NCBI GenBank assembly: GCA_017547465.1 | Contig: JAFYPN010000098.1 | Location: 1 to 46,574 of the forward strand | DNA: 46,574 nucleotides | Direction of reading: 5' to 3' | Origin: Clostridia bacterium | Lineage (GTDB): Bacteria; Bacillota; Clostridia; Oscillospirales; Acutalibacteraceae | Shown: piece after piece, positions 7,776-15,737 of the stretch | Position numbering within the stretch: position 1 is the first letter of the stretch | Layout of the letters: each line of letters starts with the position of its first letter | Made by a program: the position numbers and the translations under genes | Notes under the pieces: model-generated | What the model was told of the DNA's origin: nothing | The model's input: only the letters and a program-made list of their open reading frames with translations | Databases searched by the model: none

Positions 7776-9587
7776 ATGAGGAGAACCAGAAGACCCCGCT
7801 GGCTGACGGTTTCCATTATGTGCATCGTCGTGTTTTTGCTCACGACCTTTGCGCTGACGGTTTCCGCAGATGGCGATACAACGACGATTGGGGCGGCGCC
7901 CTCGTCGGATGTAGTGTTTACGTTGGATGATGTGGAGTACGATCTGTCGGATGGTGAATCTGCGCAGGCGTACGTGGACGGCTATGCGGATAACCTGAAT
8001 GCGGATCCTAATTTTGATACGCATTTGGAGAAAGCGCTTGCTACCGTTCGCGGATCGGTTGCACAATATGCGACGATCTGGGCACTGCTGCCGCCGGTGA
8101 TCGCCATTGTGTTGGCGCTGATCACGAAGGAAGTGTATTCGTCGCTGTTCGTCGGTATTTTAGCAGGTGGTCTTATCTATTCCGGTTTTAATTTCGAAGG
8201 AACGGTCGTGCACGTTATCAGTGACGGCTTTGTCGCCAGCCTGGCTGACAGCTACAACGTCGGCATTTTGCTGTTCCTCGTTATGCTCGGTGCGCTCGTG
8301 GCGATGATGAACAAAGCGGGTGGTTCGGCGGCATTCGGTCGTTGGGCGACCAAGCACATCAAGAGTCGTATCGGTGCACAGTTGGCGACCATCGCGCTCG
8401 GTGTTCTGATTTTTGTGGATGACTATTTCAACTGCTTGACCGTGGGCTCGGTTATGCGTCCTGTAACAGATGCGCAGAAGATCTCCCGCGCGAAGCTGTC
8501 GTATTTGATTGATGCGACGGCGGCGCCCGTCTGCATTATCGCCCCGATCTCCTCGTGGGCGGCGGCGGTGTCCGGCTTTGCGGCGGGCAGCGGCGCGGAG
8601 AACGGTATGGCATTGTTTATCAGTGCAATCCCGTACAACTTTTATGCACTTCTTACCATCGCGATGATGATCTTCTTGGCGGTGACGCAAATCGATTTCG
8701 GTCCGATGAAGAAGCACGAGGATAACGCCAAAAACGGCGATATCTTCACGGTTGAGGTGGAAGAAGCCGTTGAGAATATGCAGGGCAACCCCAAGGGCCG
8801 TGTGTGGGATTTGGTTGTGCCGATCTTGTTCCTGGTTGCCTCTTGCATTGTTGGTATGATCTATTCCGGTGGATTCTTTACCGCGGGTGAGGACGGCTAT
8901 AGGAACTACATTACGGCGTTCTCCAACTGCGATGCGTCGGTCGGCTTAGCGTACGGCTCCGTGGTGGCACTGATTTTTGCGGTGATCTATTTCTCACTGC
9001 GCCGTGTGATCAGCTTCAAGGGCTGTATGGAGTGCGTGCCGGAAGGCTTTAAGCTGATGGTGCCCGCCATTATGATTCTGACCTGTGCGTGGACGCTGAA
9101 GGCGATGACCGATAGTCTGGGCGCCAAGATCTTCATTTCGCAGATTGTCGAAAGCTCCGCCGGTTCGTTTGCGCTGTTCCTGCCGGCAATCATCTTCTTG
9201 ATTGCGGTCGGCCTATCCTTTGCCACCGGTACCTCGTGGGGTACGTTTGGTATTTTGATTCCGATCGTGCTTAGTGTGTTCGGTGCCGAGTCCGGTACCA
9301 TCACGATTATTGCGATCTCCGCTTGTATGGCGGGTGCGGTGTGCGGCGACCACTGCTCGCCCATCTCTGACACCACCATTATGGCATCTGCCGGTGCACA
9401 GTGCAATCATATGGCGCACGTGTCCACGCAGTTGCCGTATGCGCTGCTCGTTGCCGGTGTATCGTTTATCGGCTACGTGCTGTGCGGTTTCGTGCAGAGC
9501 GCTTGGGTGGTACTTCCCATCTGCTTGGTGCTGCTGTTGGGCGCGATCCTCGCGATCCGTGCGGTACAAAAGCGCAAAGCTGCGTAA
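7776..9587 (+). CDS. NhaC-family Na+/H+ antiporter-type transporter with N-terminal extension
   Basis: 603-aa polytopic ORF. The core from about WALLPPVIAIVLALITKEVYSSLFVGIL onward looks like NhaC/YuiF-type transporters. A signal-anchor helix and an acidic segment of about 70 aa precede this core. Confidence 0.8.
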   Translation: MRRTRRPRWLTVSIMCIVVFLLTTFALTVSADGDTTTIGAAPSSDVVFTLDDVEYDLSDGESAQAYVDGYADNLNADPNFDTHLEKALATVRGSVAQYATIWALLPPVIAIVLALITKEVYSSLFVGILAGGLIYSGFNFEGTVVHVISDGFVASLADSYNVGILLFLVMLGALVAMMNKAGGSAAFGRWATKHIKSRIGAQLATIALGVLIFVDDYFNCLTVGSVMRPVTDAQKISRAKLSYLIDATAAPVCIIAPISSWAAAVSGFAAGSGAENGMALFISAIPYNFYALLTIAMMIFLAVTQIDFGPMKKHEDNAKNGDIFTVEVEEAVENMQGNPKGRVWDLVVPILFLVASCIVGMIYSGGFFTAGEDGYRNYITAFSNCDASVGLAYGSVVALIFAVIYFSLRRVISFKGCMECVPEGFKLMVPAIMILTCAWTLKAMTDSLGAKIFISQIVESSAGSFALFLPAIIFLIAVGLSFATGTSWGTFGILIPIVLSVFGAESGTITIIAISACMAGAVCGDHCSPISDTTIMASAGAQCNHMAHVSTQLPYALLVAGVSFIGYVLCGFVQSAWVVLPICLVLLLGAILAIRAVQKRKAA

Positions 9588-9603
9588 GAGAAGACGATAA
9601 CGA

Positions 9604-9640
9604 AACGAACCCGCCTCAAACGAGGCGGGTTCGTTTTTTG
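9604..9640. terminator. Bidirectional terminator between convergent genes
   Basis: 13-bp perfect stem ACGAACCCGCCTC-AAAC-GAGGCGGGTTCGT, with T runs on both strands. Confidence 0.85.
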
Positions 9641-9642
9641 CT

Positions 9643-10374
9643 TTATCGATGCCAACCGCAGGGGAGTTCGCCGTTTAAGGCGGCGATGATGGTCTCGGGC
9701 GAGTTATCGGGCAACTCCAAATATGGAAGGGCGTCCTGAATGTCCTCTAAGTGATGGGCATCCGAGTTTTGCAACAGCGGCTTGCCGACAATTTCGGGAT
9801 AGCGGGCAGCGAGTTCTGCAACATTGCCGTTTTTAGTGATCTCGACAGCGGCAAAGCCAAGCGGGGGCAGACCGCCGAGCGAGGCGGTGACGCTGTAGGA
9901 CGGGCGGTCAATGTGCGCAGGAAACGCTGTGCCGCCGAACGAGCGGGCAAGTCTTACCACGTTGTCTACGCTGATTCCCGATGCGGTGGTTAGTAGGATA
10001 TCGTGTGTACCCATGGGCTGATCCTCCGCATCGCATAACAGCTGCTCACCGAAAATGTCCGGTCGATTGGGGATCGGCGGCAGGGTTGGGACGATATGCG
10101 CCTCAAATTGTTGTGCTGCCTGCAGTGTGGGGAAGAGGCACACAACGTGGGCCTCTTCCGCGGTGCACAGTTCCATTCCCGGCAGAAACGTGATACCGAG
10201 TTCACGCGCAACGGCGGCGGTCGCCGCGCAGTTGCCGCAGGTGTTATGATCGGTTAGCGCAATCGCGGATAATCCCACCAATTGGGCCATATTGACGATG
10301 TTGTTCGGTGTCATCTCGTCATCACCGCACGGGGATAGACAAGAATGAATATGAAAATCGTAGTAAATTTTCAT
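9643..10374 (-). CDS. PHP-domain metal-dependent phosphoesterase
   Basis: 243-aa ORF with the N-terminal PHP signature (YYDFHIHSCLSPCGD, ALTDHNT) and a distal DAHH motif. It is the last gene of the sensor operon. Confidence 0.85.
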   Translation of the reverse strand: MKIYYDFHIHSCLSPCGDDEMTPNNIVNMAQLVGLSAIALTDHNTCGNCAATAAVARELGITFLPGMELCTAEEAHVVCLFPTLQAAQQFEAHIVPTLPPIPNRPDIFGEQLLCDAEDQPMGTHDILLTTASGISVDNVVRLARSFGGTAFPAHIDRPSYSVTASLGGLPPLGFAAVEITKNGNVAELAARYPEIVGKPLLQNSDAHHLEDIQDALPYLELPDNSPETIIAALNGELPCGWHR

Positions 10375-10384
10375 TTACAACACA

Positions 10385-10852
10385 TCACTCTCGCAGTTTA
10401 CAAACGTCGACCCAGATGCCTCCGGTGTACTCCTCTAATTGTGTGGGGGTCACTCGGATCGCAGAGTTGGAGCTACCCGCCGCCGGATATACCGTTTCAA
10501 AGCGGCGCAGGGATTCGTCCAGAAAGATTCGTACCGTCTTGGGCAAGGCAAACGGACAGACGCCGCCTACGGCGTGCCCCGTGAGTGCCAGCGCCTGATC
10601 GGGGGAGAGCATTTTGGCTTTAAAGCCGAAGGCTTGTTTGTATTTGGGGTTGTCGATCTTGGTATCGCCTGCGGTGACGATTACCAAGCAGCCATCGCCG
10701 TCCGCAAACGACATCGTTTTGGCAATGCGAGCGGGATCCACATCCAATGCTTGTGCCGCCAATTCGACGGTGGCGCTGGATACGGGGAATTCGAGAATGT
10801 CCTGTTCTCTGCCGAATTGGGCAAGAAACGGACGAACCAGTTCAATAGACAC
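10385..10852 (-). CDS. YbaK/EbsC-family aminoacyl-tRNA deacylase-like protein
   Basis: 155-aa ORF. The motifs KTMSF..., GHAVGGVCPFALP and the overall length are typical of the YbaK/ProX editing domain family. Confidence 0.8.
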   Translation of the reverse strand: MSIELVRPFLAQFGREQDILEFPVSSATVELAAQALDVDPARIAKTMSFADGDGCLVIVTAGDTKIDNPKYKQAFGFKAKMLSPDQALALTGHAVGGVCPFALPKTVRIFLDESLRRFETVYPAAGSSNSAIRVTPTQLEEYTGGIWVDVCKLRE

Positions 10853-10855
10853 TAT

Positions 10856-11194
10856 CTACACAATCCTTTCTAATCGTTTGCTGAGTGCAGCGGCAAGCGC
10901 ATATGCGGTGTCGTTGCTGCGTAAAACCGTTACATTCTCCAGTTCGGCGCGCGCGCGCGCGGCTTCGTCCAGAGCGGCGTTTTCGCACAGGACCAGACAC
11001 GCGACATCTGCGAGTACGCAGACAGCGACGGCGTTGACGTTTCCCATCACACTGAACCACGCATCACCGGCCTTGGCACGACCCATGACCCAGCTGAGCA
11101 GGTCACCCGAGTAGCCGCCGGTGACGGCACGGCCAAGGTCACCCTCGACGAGCGGGTTGAGTTGCAAATCGGTTATCAGATCACGCACGGTCAT
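10856..11194 (-). CDS. DRTGG domain protein
   Basis: I trimmed the ORF to the MTVRDL start at 11194, which has a GAGGGAGG SD and an ATGA overlap with the upstream stop. The pattern VTGGYSGDLLSWVM ... VMGNVNAVAV fits a DRTGG domain. Confidence 0.7.
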   Translation of the reverse strand: MTVRDLITDLQLNPLVEGDLGRAVTGGYSGDLLSWVMGRAKAGDAWFSVMGNVNAVAVCVLADVACLVLCENAALDEAARARAELENVTVLRSNDTAYALAAALSKRLERIV

Positions 11195-12438
11195 GTATTT
11201 CCCTCCCTCATACGGAAGCAATCGGTCGTATCGGCCAGTCCGCGCACGACATCCTCCGCCAGTGCGCGGCAGGAGGGTGCGCCACAAGAGCCGCAGTCGA
11301 GCTTTGGCAACTCGGCGTAGATGGCATTCGCTTGTTGCATCAGACGCATGGCGTCACTGACATTCTCCGCGAGACGCAGTGCCGGATTCTCCGACAAGGG
11401 CTCGGACCAGTTGAGTGAACGCATATCGCCGATATCTTCCGCACGGTTGCAGGAGATCGGCAGATACTTGCGCAGACGTTTGATGCGTGCTTGAGCGACG
11501 TAGCCGTTTTCGGCGGTAAACACGCCGCCGACACAGCCACCCGCGCAGGCGCTGAGCTCAATAAAATCCAGATCGCTGAGCTTTTCGTCTTCCAGTTCTT
11601 CCAATACGCGAATGACATTTTGGATACCGTCTGCGGCTAAGTGGTTCTCGTTGAGCAGACCTGCTGCTTCGCCCCCGATAAAGGACCAACTTGTACCGAT
11701 CAAGCCGCAATTTGACAGATGCCGTACCTGATCCAGGTGGTTCATTTCATGCACCAATTTCGGATAAATATCGCCAATAGACAGCACGCCATCCACCTGT
11801 GAGTGGGAATCACCGATGGGGAAGCGTACATCCGTGACCTTGGCCGGACACGGCGAGATGAAGAAAATGCCGATATCCGAGGGAGCAAGTCCCGTTTGTG
11901 CCATCGCGCGCTGACGCGCCATGGCGGCGGCGACCTCCATAGGAGCCTTCATTGGCAGAACGTGCTCGCACAGTTCCGGAAAACGAATCCGGATAAGCCG
12001 TACAACCACCGGACACGCGGAGCTGATAACAGGCTTTTTGACGAGACCGTCTGCCATCAGCTTTCGTGTAGCATCCGACACAATCTCCGCACCGCAGGAC
12101 ACTTCGAATACCTGATTGAAGCCGAGTTTTAACAGTCCGGACAGGATCACATCGATATCATCCAAATTATGAAATTGCCCATATAGCGCGGGTGCGGGCA
12201 GAGCAATGGTATATTTGTAATTACTAAGCGCCGACAACCAATCGTGCCGTGCTTTTTTGGCGTGATGGGGGCATACGCGGATACACTCGCCGCAATCAAT
12301 GCAGCGGTCATCCGTGATGACGGCTTTGCCGCCACGAACACGGATTGCTTGTGTGGGACAACGCTTCACACAATGTGTGCAACCTACACACTTTTCGGTA
12401 TCCAGCGTTACGGAATGTAAAATACGTTCCATAAGCAA
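11191..12438 (-). CDS. Sensory-type [FeFe]-hydrogenase homologue (2x[4Fe-4S] ferredoxin + H-domain + C-terminal Cx2Cx4Cx16C)
   Basis: 415 aa. Two ferredoxin motifs are present (CVGCTHCVKRCP, CIDCGECIRVCP). The H-cluster motifs are L1 SSACP (canonical TSCCP), L2 SPCPAK (canonical MPCxxK) and L3 ELSACAGGCVGG (canonical ExMACxxGCxxGG). The C-terminal motif is CGSCGAPSC-x16-C. Confidence 0.85.
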   Translation of the reverse strand: MLMERILHSVTLDTEKCVGCTHCVKRCPTQAIRVRGGKAVITDDRCIDCGECIRVCPHHAKKARHDWLSALSNYKYTIALPAPALYGQFHNLDDIDVILSGLLKLGFNQVFEVSCGAEIVSDATRKLMADGLVKKPVISSACPVVVRLIRIRFPELCEHVLPMKAPMEVAAAMARQRAMAQTGLAPSDIGIFFISPCPAKVTDVRFPIGDSHSQVDGVLSIGDIYPKLVHEMNHLDQVRHLSNCGLIGTSWSFIGGEAAGLLNENHLAADGIQNVIRVLEELEDEKLSDLDFIELSACAGGCVGGVFTAENGYVAQARIKRLRKYLPISCNRAEDIGDMRSLNWSEPLSENPALRLAENVSDAMRLMQQANAIYAELPKLDCGSCGAPSCRALAEDVVRGLADTTDCFRMREGNT

Positions 12439-12457
12439 CGCTCCTTCAGTACGACTA

Positions 12458-12874
12458 TTAAGCAGGCACTGCGATCGTCATACGAATACAGGTGCCTTTT
12501 CCGATTTCAGTATCGATGGTGAGGGTATCGGTATAGCGTTTGATGTTAGGCAGTCCCATACCGGCGCCGAAGCCTAAATTCCGAACGGTTTCAGGAGCAG
12601 TGGAGAAACCCTCCTGCATAGCCTTTTCCACATCCGGAATACCCGGGCCGCGGTCGGTTAGGGTGATGACGATGAGATCCGGCTCGATCTCGACGTCTGC
12701 CACGCCGCCGTCGGCGTGAATTACCATGTTTATCTCGCCCTCATACATGGCAATGGCGACGCGGCGGATGACATCGGCGGGAAAGCCCAGCCGTTTTAAG
12801 GTCGCTTTGATGGCACCGGACGCTTCACCCGCGCGTGTAAAATCATCTCCGGAAACATCATAATGCAGTTTCAA
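12458..12874 (-). CDS. Anti-sigma-factor-type HATPase_c protein (RsbW/SpoIIAB-like serine kinase fold)
   Basis: It has the N-box/G-box pattern (EGEINMVIHA, DRGPGIPD, GFGAGMGLPNI). The track ORF runs to the ATG at 12919, which has no SD and overlaps the upstream gene by 35 nt. A TTG at 12874 follows GAGGTG by 6 nt and gives the family-typical N-terminus (M)KLHYDVSGDDFTRAGEAS. Confidence 0.75.
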   Translation of the reverse strand: MKLHYDVSGDDFTRAGEASGAIKATLKRLGFPADVIRRVAIAMYEGEINMVIHADGGVADVEIEPDLIVITLTDRGPGIPDVEKAMQEGFSTAPETVRNLGFGAGMGLPNIKRYTDTLTIDTEIGKGTCIRMTIAVPA

Positions 12875-12884
12875 ATTGTTCACC

Positions 12885-13232
12885 TCATATCTTGTCGCCA
12901 CCGTGCAAACCATTTGCATATAGCAGGCCGCAGGCGGTAAACATCCGAAGCGGGGTTTTCATCAGTACGATACCAAATTCTTCGGCAAGCTCGATCATTT
13001 CGGCAGTCGGTTCCTTGCCCCGCACAAACACGACACACAACATATCCATCATTTCTGCCGTGCGTACAACTTGTGTGTTAACAAGACCCGACAACAGCAC
13101 CGATTGATCTTTGACGAACGCGAGCACGTCGCTCATCATATCGCTGCCGCAGGCGTTGTGCACTTCGGCAGTGAGGTTATTGCCGCACACGACCTCGGCT
13201 TTCAGGATTTTTTGAACATCTGCAATGGTCAT
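12885..13232 (-). CDS. DRTGG domain protein
   Basis: I trimmed the ORF to the MTIADVQKIL start at 13232 (AAGGTGG SD 8 nt upstream). The motifs GSDMMSDVLAF ... LLSGLVNTQVV fit a DRTGG domain. It is the first gene of the operon. Confidence 0.7.
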   Translation of the reverse strand: MTIADVQKILKAEVVCGNNLTAEVHNACGSDMMSDVLAFVKDQSVLLSGLVNTQVVRTAEMMDMLCVVFVRGKEPTAEMIELAEEFGIVLMKTPLRMFTACGLLYANGLHGGDKI

Positions 13233-13273
13233 AAACGATTCCACCTTACTATGCAAAATCAAAGCTTAATTTC

Positions 13274-13302
13274 AGTATACTGTAAACAAACGGATTATGC
13301 AA
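13274..13302 (-). promoter_or_regulatory. Putative promoter of the sensor operon
   Basis: On the minus strand: TTGCAT (13302-13297), a 17-nt spacer, then TATACT (13279-13274). Confidence 0.45.
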
Positions 13303-13345
13303 GGGGTGCTCTTGCTAAAAGTTTCACAGAACGGGCAACTTTTGG

Positions 13346-13374
13346 TTGACTATTGTGGCAATTAGGAGTAAAAT
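13346..13374 (+). promoter_or_regulatory. Putative promoter of serC-serA
   Basis: TTGACT, a 17-nt spacer, then TAAAAT. It lies about 40 nt upstream of the GGAGG SD and the ATG at 13413. Confidence 0.45.
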
Positions 13375-13412
13375 AACAATAATTCTACTTTTTTCTTTTG
13401 GAGGAATGAATC

Positions 13413-14498
13413 ATGGCAAGAGTATACAATTTTTCGGCCGGCCCCTCTGTGCTGCCGGAAAGCGTTTTGAAGCGTGCGGCAGAGGAAATGCTGGATTATC
13501 AGGGCTCCGGTCAATCCGTGATGGAGATGTCGCATCGATCGAAAACATACGATGCCATTATTAAGGAATGTGAGGCTCTCTTACGCGAGGTGATGAACAT
13601 TCCAGACAACTACAAAGTACTATTTCTGCAGGGCGGTGCATCCTCGCAGTTTGCGATGATCCCGCTGAACCTGATGAATAAGAGCGGCAAGGCCGACTTT
13701 ATTCTGACCGGTCAGTGGGCGACCAAGGCTTACAAGGAAGCGGACCGTTACGGTGAGGCAAAGGTCATTGCCAGTTCAAAGGATAAGACATTCTCCTACA
13801 TTCCCGATTGGGATGAGGCGGATTTCACCCCGGATGCGGATTATTTCCACATCTGCATGAACAACACCATTTACGGCACCAAGTTCACAAAGCTGCCCGA
13901 GACCGGCAACGTGCCGTTGGTTGCCGATATTTCGTCCTGCATCCTGTCCGAGCCGATCGATGTTTCCCGTTTCGGTTTGCTGTATGCAGGTGCGCAAAAG
14001 AACATGGCACCTGCGGGCTTGACGGTCGTGATCGTGCGAGAGGATCTTATCGGTAACGCACAGGAGATCACGCCCACGATGTTCAACTATCAGATCCATG
14101 CCGACAACGATTCGATGTTCAATACTCCGCCCTGCTATACCATTTATATCTGCAAGCTGGTGCTGGAGTGGGTGAAGAATGAGATCGGCGGTCTTGAAAA
14201 GATGAAGTCGATCAACGAGAAAAAGGCAGCCATTCTGTATGATTTCTTGGATTCGTCCAAGCTGTTCAAGGGCACTGTTGAGAAAAAGGATCGTTCACTG
14301 ATGAACGTGCCGTTTATCACCGGCAATGAGGAGCTGGATGCCAAATTCGTTAAAGAAGCCACTGCTGCCGGTTTTGTCAATCTGAAGGGTCACCGTTCGG
14401 TCGGCGGTATGCGCGCATCCATTTACAACGCTATGCCGGTTGAGGGTGTGGAGAAGCTGGTTGCGTTTATGAAGGCTTTTGAAGAAGCCAACGCTTAA
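13413..14498 (+). CDS. serC: Phosphoserine aminotransferase
   Basis: 361-aa ORF with the SerC N-terminus (MARVYNFSAGPSVLPESVL...MEMSHRSK) and the PLP-lysine region (YAGAQKNMAPAG). Confidence 0.95.
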   Translation: MARVYNFSAGPSVLPESVLKRAAEEMLDYQGSGQSVMEMSHRSKTYDAIIKECEALLREVMNIPDNYKVLFLQGGASSQFAMIPLNLMNKSGKADFILTGQWATKAYKEADRYGEAKVIASSKDKTFSYIPDWDEADFTPDADYFHICMNNTIYGTKFTKLPETGNVPLVADISSCILSEPIDVSRFGLLYAGAQKNMAPAGLTVVIVREDLIGNAQEITPTMFNYQIHADNDSMFNTPPCYTIYICKLVLEWVKNEIGGLEKMKSINEKKAAILYDFLDSSKLFKGTVEKKDRSLMNVPFITGNEELDAKFVKEATAAGFVNLKGHRSVGGMRASIYNAMPVEGVEKLVAFMKAFEEANA

Positions 14499-14512
14499 GG
14501 GAGAGAAACATA

Positions 14513-15670
14513 ATGAACATCTTAACGTTAAATAAAATCGCCGCGTGCGGCACCGATCGTCTTGGTGCCGGCTACACTGTCGGTGATGCGGTTGCGGAGC
14601 CGGTTGGTGTACTGGTTCGTTCCGCCGCGATGCACGATATGGAATTTCCTGCCTCGTTGTTGGCTGTTGCCAGAGCGGGCGCAGGTGTCAACAACATCCC
14701 GCTGGATCGCTGCAGCGAGGCGGGTATCGTGGTGTTCAACACCCCCGGTGCCAACGCCAACGCCGTAAAAGAGCTGGTGATCGCCGGCTTACTGCTTGCG
14801 TCCCGCAAGGTCGTTCCCGCCATCGAGTGGGCAAAGACCCTCAAGGGTCAGGGCGCTGAGGTCGGTAAGCTTGTCGAAAAAGGCAAGGGTCAGTTCGCAG
14901 GTCCTGAAATTCTGGGCAAAAAGCTCGGTGTGGTGGGACTCGGTGCTATCGGTATTCTGGTAGCCAACGCCGCCAAATCGTTGGGAATGGAAGTGTACGG
15001 CTATGATCCCTACCTGTCGGTGGATGCGGCCTGGAGCTTGTCTCGTTCTATCCATCACGCCGCTAACCTTGAGCAGATCTACGCGGAATGTGACTACATC
15101 ACCGTCCACGTGCCGCTCAACGACGGTACGCGCGGGATGATCGGTAAGGAAAGCATCACTATGATGAAGGACGGCGTGCGTATTCTGAACTTCGCACGCG
15201 GCGAGCTCGTCGACAGCGAGGCGATGCGCACGGCTTTGGCAGACGGCAAAGTCGCTGCGTATGTAGTAGATTTCCCGTCTGACGACATGCTATGTGTGGA
15301 CAATGTTGTGGCGATCCCGCATCTGGGCGCTTCCACGCCCGAAAGCGAGGACAACTGCGCCATGATGGCGGCAGATGAGCTAAAGGCGTATTTGGAGCGC
15401 GGTATCATTCGCAATTCGGTCAACTTCCCCGCCATGGATGTTGAAAAGAGTGGCGATGTACGTATTTGTGTGTTGCATCGCAACATCCCGAATATGCTCG
15501 CCCAGATCAGTGCGGTGGTGTCGGAGGCCGGTGTTAATATCGAAACGATGACCAACCGCTCCAAAAAGGACAATGCCTATACGGTATTGGATATTATCGG
15601 CGATGTGCCGCAGAGCGTCATCGATGGTATTCAAACGGTGGATGGGGTTATCCGCGTTCGAAAAATCTAA
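14513..15670 (+). CDS. serA: D-3-phosphoglycerate dehydrogenase (with C-terminal ACT domain)
   Basis: 385-aa ORF. It has a 2-hydroxyacid dehydrogenase NAD-binding motif (GVVGLGAIG), the catalytic region (NFARGELVD ... HLGAST) and an ACT-like tail. Confidence 0.92.
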   Translation: MNILTLNKIAACGTDRLGAGYTVGDAVAEPVGVLVRSAAMHDMEFPASLLAVARAGAGVNNIPLDRCSEAGIVVFNTPGANANAVKELVIAGLLLASRKVVPAIEWAKTLKGQGAEVGKLVEKGKGQFAGPEILGKKLGVVGLGAIGILVANAAKSLGMEVYGYDPYLSVDAAWSLSRSIHHAANLEQIYAECDYITVHVPLNDGTRGMIGKESITMMKDGVRILNFARGELVDSEAMRTALADGKVAAYVVDFPSDDMLCVDNVVAIPHLGASTPESEDNCAMMAADELKAYLERGIIRNSVNFPAMDVEKSGDVRICVLHRNIPNMLAQISAVVSEAGVNIETMTNRSKKDNAYTVLDIIGDVPQSVIDGIQTVDGVIRVRKI

Positions 15671-15687
15671 ATACGATATAGCGTAAA

Positions 15688-15718
15688 GCGGCTCCGAATG
15701 GTTCGGTGCAGCTTTTTT
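15688..15718 (+). terminator. Putative terminator after serA
   Basis: Imperfect hairpin GCGGCTCCGAA-TGG-TTCGGTGCAGC (9 of 11 positions pair) followed by TTTTTT. Confidence 0.55.
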
Positions 15719-15737
15719 AAAACAAGGAGGGGCGGCT

